From Bacteroidales bacterium (lineage in GTDB: Bacteria > Bacteroidota > Bacteroidia > Bacteroidales > VadinHA17), in assembly GCA_038207725.1 (NCBI GenBank), contig JBBQZN010000010.1:1838-65837 (forward strand): a DNA stretch of 64,000 nt, given 5' to 3'. The notes below the pieces were generated by a model, which saw only the letters and a list, made by a program, of their open reading frames with translations, made no database searches and was not told the origin of the DNA. Both the position numbers and the translations under genes were made by a program. Positions 39,831-48,507 of this stretch are shown piece by piece (positions within the stretch are counted from its first letter, which is position 1; each line of letters starts with the position of its first letter).

Positions 39831-40871
39831 ATGCTTAACAGAATAACAGAATTACTTAATGAAATTTCGCTCCTTCAAATTAAGACAGATGAAGAGCTGG
39901 AGCAGTACAGATTAAAGTATTTAAGTAAAAAAGGGCTTATATCTGAACTTTTTGAAGATTTCCGCAATGTACCGGGACCGGAGAAAAAGGAAGTAGGGCA
40001 GAAGCTCAATAATTTAAAGCAGACAGCTCAGGATATCTATAACTCCGTAAAGTCAGAGATTCTGACAACAGAGGAGAGACCCGATGGTACTGATCATACC
40101 CGTCCTGCATTTCCGTTTCAGTCAGGGTCGCGTCATCCTATTTCTATTGTAAGGAATGAAATCATTGAGATCTTTTCAAGAATTGGCTTCACTGTCTCTG
40201 AAGGCCCTGAGATTGAAAACGATGATCATGTTTTTACCAAGCTTAATTTTGCTCCCGAGCATCCCGCAAGAGACATGCAGGACACTTTTTACATAAACAG
40301 AATATCGCCTGAGGATTCAAACCCGGCAGATATACTTCTTCGCACCCAAACTTCATCAGTACAGGTCAGGGTTATGCAGGGACAGCAACCTCCGATACGT
40401 ACAATTTCCCCGGGAAGAGTATTCAGAAACGAAGCTATTTCAGCCAGGGCACATTGTATATTTCATCAGGTTGAAGGCTTGTATATTGATAAAAATGTAT
40501 CTTTTGCCGATCTTAAGCAGACACTACTTTTCTTTGCCCGTGAAATGTTTGGCAAAGAGACTGAAATAAGACTAAGACCCTCATACTTTCCGTTTACCGA
40601 GCCCTCTGCAGAGATGGATGTAAGCTGTAAGATCTGTGGCGGCAAGGGCTGTAATGTCTGCAAATACACAGGCTGGCTTGAAATACTTGGTTGTGGTATG
40701 GTTCATCCTAATGTTCTTGAGGCTTGCGGTATTGACAGTAATAAATATACCGGTTTTGCTTTCGGAATGGGGATAGAAAGGATGACGATGCTTAAATATC
40801 AGATAAATGACCTGAGGCTTTACTTTGAAAATGATATCAGATTTTTGGATCAGTTTAAAACTGCTTTTTAG
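39831..40871 (+). CDS. pheS: Phenylalanine--tRNA ligase alpha subunit
   Basis: Class II aaRS motifs (HPARDMQDTFY, GRVFRNE, GFAFGMGIERM). Confidence 0.95.
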   Translation: MLNRITELLNEISLLQIKTDEELEQYRLKYLSKKGLISELFEDFRNVPGPEKKEVGQKLNNLKQTAQDIYNSVKSEILTTEERPDGTDHTRPAFPFQSGSRHPISIVRNEIIEIFSRIGFTVSEGPEIENDDHVFTKLNFAPEHPARDMQDTFYINRISPEDSNPADILLRTQTSSVQVRVMQGQQPPIRTISPGRVFRNEAISARAHCIFHQVEGLYIDKNVSFADLKQTLLFFAREMFGKETEIRLRPSYFPFTEPSAEMDVSCKICGGKGCNVCKYTGWLEILGCGMVHPNVLEACGIDSNKYTGFAFGMGIERMTMLKYQINDLRLYFENDIRFLDQFKTAF

Positions 40872-40926
40872 CATTAATTTAATTGTCAGATATTTTTAAT
40901 CTTTGAATACTAATTGATTTAAGGAA

Positions 40927-41637
40927 ATGAAACAGCAGGAGATAGTTATTCCGAGATGTCAGAAATGCTCTTTTGAGTCCGGTTCAATTTTTAAACATCT
41001 TACACCCGCTGAACAGGATACCATGAATCTTGAAAAGGATTTCAGGCAGTATACTAGGGGTGATATTTTATACCAGGAGGGAAACCGGATAAGTGGTTTT
41101 TTCTGTATCAGCAGTGGAATAATAAAGGTATTCAAAACCGGCTTTGACGGCAAGGAGCAGATAATCAGATTTGCAAAGAAGGGCGATATAATAGCATACC
41201 GCAGTGTACTCAGCAATGAGTTGGCCTGTACCTCGGCAAAAGTTATTGAAGATTGTCAGGTATGCTTTCTGCCTTCAGAAATTCTTGTTTCGTTTATCAA
41301 GACAAATCCAACATATGCTCTTGAATTAATGAAACTTGCCTGCCATGAACTTGGAGAGGCAAATTCATTCATAACTGATATTGCTCAGAAAACAGTAAGA
41401 GAGAGGCTGGCCGAAGTACTTCTTTTCCTTGTGAATGATTTTGGGCTCGATAATGAACAATATCTCAATATTTCACTTACCAGAGAGGAGCTGGCAAACA
41501 TTGTAGGTACAGCAACAGAGTCAGTAATCAGACTGCTTTCAGAATTCAAGTCAGATAAGCTTGTTGAGCTTAATGGCCGGAAGATCAGGATCCTTAATAT
41601 GAAAGGTCTTGAGAAAATAAGTAATGTCTTCAATTAA
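40927..41637 (+). CDS. Crp/Fnr-family transcriptional regulator
   Basis: cNMP-binding-like beta-roll and a C-terminal HTH (TREELANIVGTATESVIRLLSEF). There is an N-terminal CxxC (CQKC). Confidence 0.85.
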   Translation: MKQQEIVIPRCQKCSFESGSIFKHLTPAEQDTMNLEKDFRQYTRGDILYQEGNRISGFFCISSGIIKVFKTGFDGKEQIIRFAKKGDIIAYRSVLSNELACTSAKVIEDCQVCFLPSEILVSFIKTNPTYALELMKLACHELGEANSFITDIAQKTVRERLAEVLLFLVNDFGLDNEQYLNISLTREELANIVGTATESVIRLLSEFKSDKLVELNGRKIRILNMKGLEKISNVFN

Positions 41638-41677
41638 TACCCTGAAGCGGGTTATTTTCTGCAGACTAATTTAATAC

Positions 41678-42703
41678 CTAAAACAGGCTTCCTGTAGAAT
41701 GGTTTCCGAATTGTTTACCTAAATGTTTGTAGGCGTGCTCGGTTGCCTCACGGCCACGAGGTGTTCTCTTAAGATATCCCTCTTTAATAAGGAAGGGTTC
41801 ATACACCTCTTCTATTGTCCCGCTCTCTTCACCGACTGCAGTGGAAATAGTTGTTAAGCCAACGGGTCCTCCATTAAATTTGTCAATTATAGCTGAAAGG
41901 ATTCTGTTATCCATTTCATCGAGGCCATTCTGATCAATATTCAGGGCATTCAGACCATATCTTGTTATCTCAATATCAATTACGCCGGAACCTTTCACCT
42001 GTGCAAAATCGCGTATTCTTCTGAGAAGGGCATTTGCAATTCTTGGAGTTCCGCGACTTCGCCTGGCAATTTCAACAGCTGCCGATTCTTCAATCTTCAC
42101 ATTAAGTATGCCTGCTGATCTTTTGACAATGCCTGTAAGTATTTCATGATCATAATATTCGAGATGAAACTTGATTCCAAAACGCGCTCTGAGAGGACTT
42201 GTAAGAAGTCCTGAACGGGTAGTGGCACCAATAAGGGTAAAGCTGTTAAGAGTAAGTTGTACCGATCTGGCGCTCGGTCCCTTATCAATCATGATATCTA
42301 TCTGGAAATCTTCCATTGCTGAGTAGAGATACTCCTCGACAACAGGACTAAGGCGATGGATCTCATCGATGAAAAGCACATCTCCTTCCTGAAGGTTTGT
42401 AAGAATACCGGCCAGATCACCGGGCTTATCAAGAACCGGTCCGGATGTAACCCTGAGGTTAACTCCAAGTTCATTTGTTATTATTGTTGCAAGGGTTGTT
42501 TTTCCTAATCCGGGAGGGCCGTGCAGAAGTACATGGTCGAGTGATTCGGAACGTTGTTTTGCTGCGGTTACGAATACCATAAGGTTATCAATAACCTGCT
42601 GTTGTCCCTTGAAGTCGTTAAAACTCAGAGGTCTGAGCTGTCTTTCAAACTCTTTATCAGTTCCGGTAACTATATCTTTTCGGATCTCAAGGCCGTCTTC
42701 CAT
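41678..42703 (-). CDS. ruvB: Holliday junction branch migration helicase RuvB
   Basis: Walker [10 protein letters not shown], Walker [10 protein letters not shown], and the conserved C-terminal [14 protein letters not shown]. Confidence 0.95.
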   Translation of the reverse strand: MEDGLEIRKDIVTGTDKEFERQLRPLSFNDFKGQQQVIDNLMVFVTAAKQRSESLDHVLLHGPPGLGKTTLATIITNELGVNLRVTSGPVLDKPGDLAGILTNLQEGDVLFIDEIHRLSPVVEEYLYSAMEDFQIDIMIDKGPSARSVQLTLNSFTLIGATTRSGLLTSPLRARFGIKFHLEYYDHEILTGIVKRSAGILNVKIEESAAVEIARRSRGTPRIANALLRRIRDFAQVKGSGVIDIEITRYGLNALNIDQNGLDEMDNRILSAIIDKFNGGPVGLTTISTAVGEESGTIEEVYEPFLIKEGYLKRTPRGREATEHAYKHLGKQFGNHSTGSLF

Positions 42704-42715
42704 AGATCAAAGTAA

Positions 42716-44272
42716 CTATTTTATCAGCTTAATATCGCTTTCAGGAAGCTTTATTCTAACTCCATTAATACTAACCTCAACATCATTCTTGTATGAAATT
42801 GTCAGAAAAGGAATACCTTCCTCATCAAATTTTTTCCATGTTCGTTCCTTAATACCCATCTGGTAATATTGTTCTTCCCTTACTTTTCCGCTTTCGTAGT
42901 AAATTGTCTGAGTGCCATCCGGGTTACCCTGCGCGAAATTACCCTTAAACTTCAGTTTGCCATCGGAATAATATGATTTCCATACTCCATCCTTAAGGCC
43001 TATGATATATTTACCCTCTTCGGTATAATCGCCTGTTTTGAATTTCCAGTCGCCATTTCTTTCTCCATCTGAGTACTGCCCTTGTGCAATTACCTCACCT
43101 GTAATTGAATACTCTGTCCATAATCCATCGCGCTGTCCCTGAAAATATTCTTCTTCCCTTAGCACCGCACCATTTTCATAATACCATTTCCAAAGACCAT
43201 CAGGACGGCTGTTATTATAAGAGCCTGTCTGTTCAACTTTCTGTGCCGCATTATAGAATTTCCAGGTGCCTGTTCGTCTGCTGTCGGTATACTGACCTTC
43301 TGCCAGCACTTTTCCATTAGGATAATAGTCTTTCCATTTGCCGTTGTATTTTCCTGCCTCATCAACTATTCCTTCTGAGATCATTAATCCGTTATCGTTA
43401 TAGAGAAATGAGTTAATGACCTTGCCCTCCTTGTTGTATTCGCGATGTACACCGACAGGAATTTTATTTCGGAAAGGGCCACTATAGATCAGCTTACCAT
43501 CCTGATCGTATTTATTAGAAATTTCTATGTCAGCTTCATCATCTACTTTTGACTTTACTATTGCGCCGTTCTCATAAAGCATTGTAAGAATAAGTTTTCC
43601 GGAAACATCGTACTCTTTGTAATAACCATGCATTAAGTTATCCCTGTATGAAATTTCAGCCTTTTTTCTTCCGTTAGGATAAAATTCTTTCCATTCTCCC
43701 TGCTTAAATCCTTTATTGTCAATTCTGTTAATCCTTTCACGGCTAACCAGGAAGTCATTACTGTATTCCAGAAGCGTAATAATATTTCCTTCCTTATCGA
43801 ACTCTTTTGCCAGACCTTGCTTTTTTCCATTGTTATAAGCAATTGTCTGCTGTACTTTTCCATCGGTGAAATATGTAAAAGCCGTTCCCTCTTTTTTATC
43901 CCCGGCAAACAACTCTTTTGTCCAGACGTAAACACCTCTTGATGGTTCCTTTTTAAACTTATAGTACCAGCCGTTCTTTTTGCCGTACAAATAATTTATC
44001 TTTTCAATAGTATCTCCTGACTGATCAAAGAAAACCCAGATACTGTCGAGCAGAAAAATCTTTCTTTTTCCTTCTGATTTTTTAACACCGGTAACATAAT
44101 AGCTTTTCCATAATCCCTCCGGTTTGCCGTTTTTAATAAGGCCTTCACTGGAAATGGTTCCATTCGGATACTTAAAAATCTGATATCCATCCTTTAAAGA
44201 ACCAGCTTCCTGCCCTGATAAAGAATAGGTTATAATAAATAAAAAAGAGAGTATGTAAGTAATACTTTTCAT
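42716..44272 (-). CDS. MORN-variant / YwqK-type repeat protein, secreted
   Basis: About 18 tandem repeats of the G.W..YY.NGK....Y..G type after a signal peptide. Confidence 0.7.
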   Translation of the reverse strand: MKSITYILSFLFIITYSLSGQEAGSLKDGYQIFKYPNGTISSEGLIKNGKPEGLWKSYYVTGVKKSEGKRKIFLLDSIWVFFDQSGDTIEKINYLYGKKNGWYYKFKKEPSRGVYVWTKELFAGDKKEGTAFTYFTDGKVQQTIAYNNGKKQGLAKEFDKEGNIITLLEYSNDFLVSRERINRIDNKGFKQGEWKEFYPNGRKKAEISYRDNLMHGYYKEYDVSGKLILTMLYENGAIVKSKVDDEADIEISNKYDQDGKLIYSGPFRNKIPVGVHREYNKEGKVINSFLYNDNGLMISEGIVDEAGKYNGKWKDYYPNGKVLAEGQYTDSRRTGTWKFYNAAQKVEQTGSYNNSRPDGLWKWYYENGAVLREEEYFQGQRDGLWTEYSITGEVIAQGQYSDGERNGDWKFKTGDYTEEGKYIIGLKDGVWKSYYSDGKLKFKGNFAQGNPDGTQTIYYESGKVREEQYYQMGIKERTWKKFDEEGIPFLTISYKNDVEVSINGVRIKLPESDIKLIK

Positions 44273-45226
44273 TCAAAGTCCCAATTTTGCCGAAATATCC
44301 ATCATTCTTATTATTGATTTTCTGGCTTTAGCCATAATTTCTTTATCAACGAAAATCTCAGGAGTTTCTGATAAAAGAGTATTGTATATTTTTTTTATTG
44401 AGATCAGTTTCATAAAGTTACATTCACTGCAGCCGCATGTTGAATCGCGGGGAGGAGCAGGAATATAAGTTTTACCTGGATTCTCTTTTACCATTTGGTG
44501 TATTATACCAGCTTCTGTTGCAACAATATAGCAATCACCCGGATCTTTTTTTGTAAACTGAAGCAATGCAGACGTAGATCCTATAAAATCGGCAACAAGT
44601 CTTACAGGCAGCTCACATTCGGGATGAACTATAATTTTGGCTGACGGATTTTCATTTTTAAGTTTAAGAATAGCTTCGAGAGAAAATTCTTCATGAACAT
44701 GGCATGTTCCGTTCCATATAACAATATCACGGCCTGTCTTATTTAGTACATAATTACCCAGATTACGATCGGGGGCAAATATTATTTTCTCGCCGGGAGG
44801 AAGTGACTGAACTATCTGAACGGCATTTGAGGAAGTACATATAATATCAGAAAGTGCTTTAATTTCAGCCGTTGTATTAACGTATGAAACAACAGTTCGT
44901 CCCGGATTAGCCTCAATAAATTTTTTAAAATCTTCTGGTTTGCACGAATCAGCCAGTGAGCATCCGGCATTCATATCAGGCAGAAGAACCTTCTTTTCAG
45001 GAGCAAGAATTTTCGCTGTTTCAGCCATAAATTTAACGCCTGCAAAAAGAATAATATCGGCATTATTTGCTGCAGCTTTCTGCGACAGAGCCAGGCTATC
45101 GCCCACAAAATCTGCAATATCCTGAATATCACCTGTCTGGTAATAGTGAGCCAGGATAATCGCATTTTTCTCTGCTTTTAACCTTTTAATTTCAGATATG
45201 TAGAACTCAGATGTTAATTTTTCCAC
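44273..45226 (-). CDS. nadA: Quinolinate synthase
   Basis: NadA-typical motifs (ILAHYYQ, VGDSL, FMAETAKIL, three Cys-containing segments). The start is GTG. Confidence 0.9.
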   Translation of the reverse strand: MEKLTSEFYISEIKRLKAEKNAIILAHYYQTGDIQDIADFVGDSLALSQKAAANNADIILFAGVKFMAETAKILAPEKKVLLPDMNAGCSLADSCKPEDFKKFIEANPGRTVVSYVNTTAEIKALSDIICTSSNAVQIVQSLPPGEKIIFAPDRNLGNYVLNKTGRDIVIWNGTCHVHEEFSLEAILKLKNENPSAKIIVHPECELPVRLVADFIGSTSALLQFTKKDPGDCYIVATEAGIIHQMVKENPGKTYIPAPPRDSTCGCSECNFMKLISIKKIYNTLLSETPEIFVDKEIMAKARKSIIRMMDISAKLGL

Positions 45227-45267
45227 TTTATTTAATTTGACTATAGGTTATGATACATATAAAACCT

Positions 45268-45366
45268 AAAAAAGCTTGAAAATCAATTTATTTACCCCAT
45301 TCCTCCTAAGCGGAAGTAAATTGATTTTCTTCGCTCCCCTTGGGCTCGCGGTAATCGAAGAAAATC
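45268..45366 (-). promoter_or_regulatory. Structured nadA 5' leader with two mutually exclusive hairpins and a U-run (candidate attenuator or riboswitch expression platform)
   Basis: Hairpin 1 arms are at 45356-45366 and 45323-45333 (11 bp). Hairpin 2 arms are at 45317-45329 and 45278-45290 (13 bp). The two share 45323-45329. Hairpin 2 is followed in the transcript by AAGCUUUUUU (45277-45268). Confidence 0.45.
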
Positions 45367-45671
45367 ATTGAGGTAATATAGATGATTATTGATACTCTTT
45401 TTATATAATGTTCTCATATTTTACGGATGTAAACTTAATCAAATTTGTCAGATCAGTTTTTCAGTTTTTCCTAAACAGAGTTGTTATTAACACTATAATA
45501 TTCTTAATATTTTAAATTTAAATTTATGTATGATGCTTATGTTATGCTGTTAATTGTGTTAATAGAAATTTATGGATTTCATTGTTTTTTTCATCATCAT
45601 GTTCCGGTAAACAGGTTATCAACAGATCAAAAAACATACCATTTTTGATTATCAGCCGGTTAGTAAAATAA

Positions 45672-45685
45672 TTAACAATTGTTAA
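45672..45685. repeat. Perfect 14-bp palindrome TTAACAATTGTTAA (candidate operator)
   Basis: Self-complementary. Near-copies lie at 45867-45881 and 63886-63899. Confidence 0.6.
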
Positions 45686-45866
45686 GAACGCAGTGTTTAT
45701 TATAAAGTTGAAACAAAAGTAGAGTTTTTAAGGTGTATTTCCGGTTCATAAATTGACTTTATTTTCTCAAATCTTTATTTGTCATGTCCCTTTTGGCTTA
45801 AAACGTGTCCTTTCAGTTAACAAAACGTGAGTTATCATTATTTAGTTATCAATTCTCTACAGGTTA

Positions 45867-45881
45867 TTAACAATTGGTTAA
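45867..45881. repeat. Palindrome variant TTAACAATTGGTTAA
   Basis: The same half-sites as 45672-45685 with a 1-nt insertion at the centre. Confidence 0.5.
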
Positions 45882-46039
45882 ACAGTGTCTGCAGAGAAAA
45901 CAATTTAGCAACTCTTTTGTTAATTGTATGTATGACCGATAACCTTTTGAAACAAAATTTATTGTTTTCAGTTTGAGTTAGTTAATCAATTATATTAATT
46001 TGCGGCGTAATTCTGAATAATTATTTAAAAACTAAGTAA

Positions 46040-46486
46040 TTGAAAAAGAAAAAGATAGCAATAGTATCAGATCATGCCGGGTATTACCTTAAGGAGAAGA
46101 TCCTCAAGTACCTTATCAAAGAGAAGTATGATGTGAAGGATTTAGGCTGTTCATCTGAAGCTACAGTTGATTACCCCGATTTTGGTCATCCGCTGGCAAA
46201 TGCGGTTTCGGCCGGAGAATTTGAACTTGGAATATCGATCTGCGGAACCGGTAACGGAATAAATATGGTTGTCAACAAACATCCGGGCATACGGGGTGCT
46301 TTATGCTGGAATGAAGAGATAAGCACACTGGCCAGGGCGCATAATGATGCAAATATCTGTGCATTACCGGGGAGATTTATTTCTGAATCTGAAGCATATC
46401 TTATTGTTAAGGCTTTTCTTAACACATCTTTTGAAGGAGGCAGGCATAAACCCAGAATTGACAAGATTGCTTTAAAAATGTATTAA
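46040..46486 (+). CDS. rpiB: Ribose-5-phosphate isomerase B
   Basis: Motifs IAIVSDHAGY, CGTGNGINMVVNK and HNDANICALPGRF. The start is TTG and there is no nearby in-frame ATG. Confidence 0.9.
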   Translation: MKKKKIAIVSDHAGYYLKEKILKYLIKEKYDVKDLGCSSEATVDYPDFGHPLANAVSAGEFELGISICGTGNGINMVVNKHPGIRGALCWNEEISTLARAHNDANICALPGRFISESEAYLIVKAFLNTSFEGGRHKPRIDKIALKMY

Positions 46487-46487
46487 T

Positions 46488-46928
46488 ATGTTATCAAATT
46501 CATGCAGGTATGGGATCAGGGCTGTAATTTATCTTGCAAGCCAACAGCAGGAGGCGGGTAAAACGGGAATCCGCAAGATCAGTGAGGATCTTGGTCTGCC
46601 TTCTCCATTTCTTGCCAAAATTCTGATGCAGCTTGCCAAACAAAAAATACTTGCCTCAACAAAGGGACCTCACGGCGGTTTTTCTCTTTTAAGGTCGCCT
46701 GAAAAAATTTCGGTACTTGACATAATAAATGCAATTGACGGAAGTGATGTTTTCACTAACTGTATAATGCATAACGGATCGTGTGAGAAGATAGGAACAG
46801 AAAAAAAGTTCTGTCCGATGCATGAAGATTATGAGAAGACAAGGAAAGAAATGATCAGATTATTCAGCGAAAAAACGATTTACGATCTGGCCCTTCGCGC
46901 CGACAACTCGGAATTTATAACTATCTGA
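46488..46928 (+). CDS. Rrf2-family transcriptional regulator with a three-Cys (Cx6Cx9C) putative Fe-S ligand set
   Basis: N-terminal Rrf2 HTH (CRYGIRAVIYLA...ISEDLGLPSPFLAKILMQL) and the Cys triad CIMHNGSCEKIGTEKKFC. There is a 1-nt gap after rpiB. Confidence 0.85.
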   Translation: MLSNSCRYGIRAVIYLASQQQEAGKTGIRKISEDLGLPSPFLAKILMQLAKQKILASTKGPHGGFSLLRSPEKISVLDIINAIDGSDVFTNCIMHNGSCEKIGTEKKFCPMHEDYEKTRKEMIRLFSEKTIYDLALRADNSEFITI

Positions 46929-47325
46929 TTGCTTTATTACCAAAGGGTTTTATTAAGCTCCATAAAAGGGCAGAGACAAGAATTCCCGCGGTATTAAATA
47001 TAACATCATAAATACTTCCAGTGCGGCTAACTGTGAATATAGTCTGAAACAATTCCATCGTTATTCCATAAGAAAAAGGAATGGAAGAAAGTAATAATAT
47101 CTGCCTGTTCCCGGTTATCTGTTTTCTGTTCTCAAACAACAGTACCGACATTAATCCGAAATACATTCCGAAGTGTGCTATTTTATCAAAATAAGGGATA
47201 TTTAAAAAAGGAACACCATCAAAACTATCTGAACCCGCCAGGCTCAGGAACATTATAATCAGGGCCACAAGTAAGGATAAAAAATTCTTCTTTATCATTT
47301 TAAAAGTTTCCGCAAATTTAGACAA
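46921..47325 (-). CDS. VanZ-family membrane protein
   Basis: 134 aa with 4 TM segments and an FDKIAHFGMYFGL motif. Confidence 0.65.
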   Translation of the reverse strand: MSKFAETFKMIKKNFLSLLVALIIMFLSLAGSDSFDGVPFLNIPYFDKIAHFGMYFGLMSVLLFENRKQITGNRQILLLSSIPFSYGITMELFQTIFTVSRTGSIYDVIFNTAGILVSALLWSLIKPFGNKAIR

Positions 47326-47370
47326 TATAGTGGCAATTTATTTATAATTTTCATGTCTGTAATTTAAAGT

Positions 47371-48498
47371 ATGGCAGGGATCTATTTACATATACCATTT
47401 TGTAAGAAACTCTGTTTTTACTGTGATTTCTATCACGTTATATCAAAGGAAGAAAACGGAGAATTTATTGGGGCGCTGATTAAAGAGGCAGAGTTAAGAA
47501 GCAGCTATCCTGAAGGTGAATCCATTTCAACAATTTATTTCGGAGGCGGAACACCATCTGTATTTTCTACAGAAGAGCTTGGTCGCATTCTCGAAAGGAT
47601 GAGGCAACTGTTTGCTATTGAAGACAACTGCGAGATTACAATTGAGTTAAACCCCGACGATGTTACTCCTGCCTACCTTCAAGGCATAAAACTACACGGT
47701 ATAAACAGAATCAGCCTTGGAATTCAGTCGTGGAATGATTCAGTCCTCAAAAAACTAAACAGGCGTCATAATTCTGCGGGGGCCGAAAATTCATTACGGG
47801 ATGTATTTAATGCCGGCTTTGAAAATGTGACAATGGATCTTATTTACGGAATTCCGGGGATGAGTCTGCAGGACTGGAGTGCAGAACTCGACTTTACTTT
47901 CAAATTCCCTATAAAACACCTTTCGGCTTATCATCTTACTATTGAGCCGGGAACCGTTTTCGGCAAGATGCATGAGAGAGGCGACCTTACGGAAATTGAC
48001 GAAGATGATAGCACGGCGATGTTTAACCTGCTTATTGAAAAGTCGGAAGAGGCGGGTTTTATACATTATGAGATATCGAACTTTGGCAAACCAGGTTTCT
48101 TTTCGCTTCATAATTCAAATTACTGGAAGCAGGTTTCTTACCTGGGCCTGGGCCCTTCTGCCCACTCATTCAACGGGTATTCCCGTCAGTGGAATGTGCG
48201 TGATCTGAAGGCCTATATAAAAGCAATAAACGGGGGAAAACCATTTTTTGAAAGCGAGGAGCTTGACAAAAGGACAAGGTTCAATGAATATATAATGACT
48301 TCCCTGAGAACAATGTGGGGCATTGATCTTGAATATGTTGAGACGGCATTTGATAAGGAAGGTTATGATTATGTTGTGAACCTTTCAGGCAAGTTCAGAA
48401 ATTATGGTCTTATGAATCTGAATAAAAAAAGCCTGGTCCTGACGAACCAGGGTAAAATGATATCTGATAATATTATTTCAGAGTTTATGATGCCGTGA
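47371..48498 (+). CDS. hemW: Radical SAM heme chaperone HemW (HemN-like, oxygen-independent coproporphyrinogen oxidase family)
   Basis: CxxxCxxC motif (HIPFCKKLCFYCDF) and the GGGTPS motif. Length is 375 aa. Confidence 0.9.
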   Translation: MAGIYLHIPFCKKLCFYCDFYHVISKEENGEFIGALIKEAELRSSYPEGESISTIYFGGGTPSVFSTEELGRILERMRQLFAIEDNCEITIELNPDDVTPAYLQGIKLHGINRISLGIQSWNDSVLKKLNRRHNSAGAENSLRDVFNAGFENVTMDLIYGIPGMSLQDWSAELDFTFKFPIKHLSAYHLTIEPGTVFGKMHERGDLTEIDEDDSTAMFNLLIEKSEEAGFIHYEISNFGKPGFFSLHNSNYWKQVSYLGLGPSAHSFNGYSRQWNVRDLKAYIKAINGGKPFFESEELDKRTRFNEYIMTSLRTMWGIDLEYVETAFDKEGYDYVVNLSGKFRNYGLMNLNKKSLVLTNQGKMISDNIISEFMMP

Positions 48499-48507
48499 AG
48501 CAAGTTG

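Larger units (their letters stand above)
45380..46039. other. Long AT-rich region free of ORFs of 60 aa or more, between divergent nadA and rpiB (candidate oriC or multi-operator regulatory region)
   Basis: The ORF track shows no ORF of 60 aa or longer. The stretch around 45495-45530 is extremely AT-rich. DnaA-box-like 9-mers are TTATCAACA (45616-45624) and TTATTAACA (45484-45492 and 45864-45872), and there are repeated palindromes. Confidence 0.3.

Noticed and set aside
45592-45624. CATCATCAT trinucleotide run, followed by a GC-richer spacer and the DnaA-box-like TTATCAACA. I considered it as a DnaA-trio/box module.
   Set aside because: As I recall them, DnaA-trios read 3'-GAT-5' (TAG/TAA repeats 5' to 3'). 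Neither strand here gives that register, so I do not claim a trio element.
45526-45648. 40-aa small ORF (MYDAYVMLLIVLIEIYGFHCFFHHHVPVNRLSTDQKTYHF) in the large intergenic region. It has one hydrophobic segment and a triple His codon run.
   Set aside because: It has no recognisable family, no linkage to his genes that would support a leader peptide, and lies in AT-rich DNA where short ORFs arise by chance. Ribosome profiling or conservation data would be needed.
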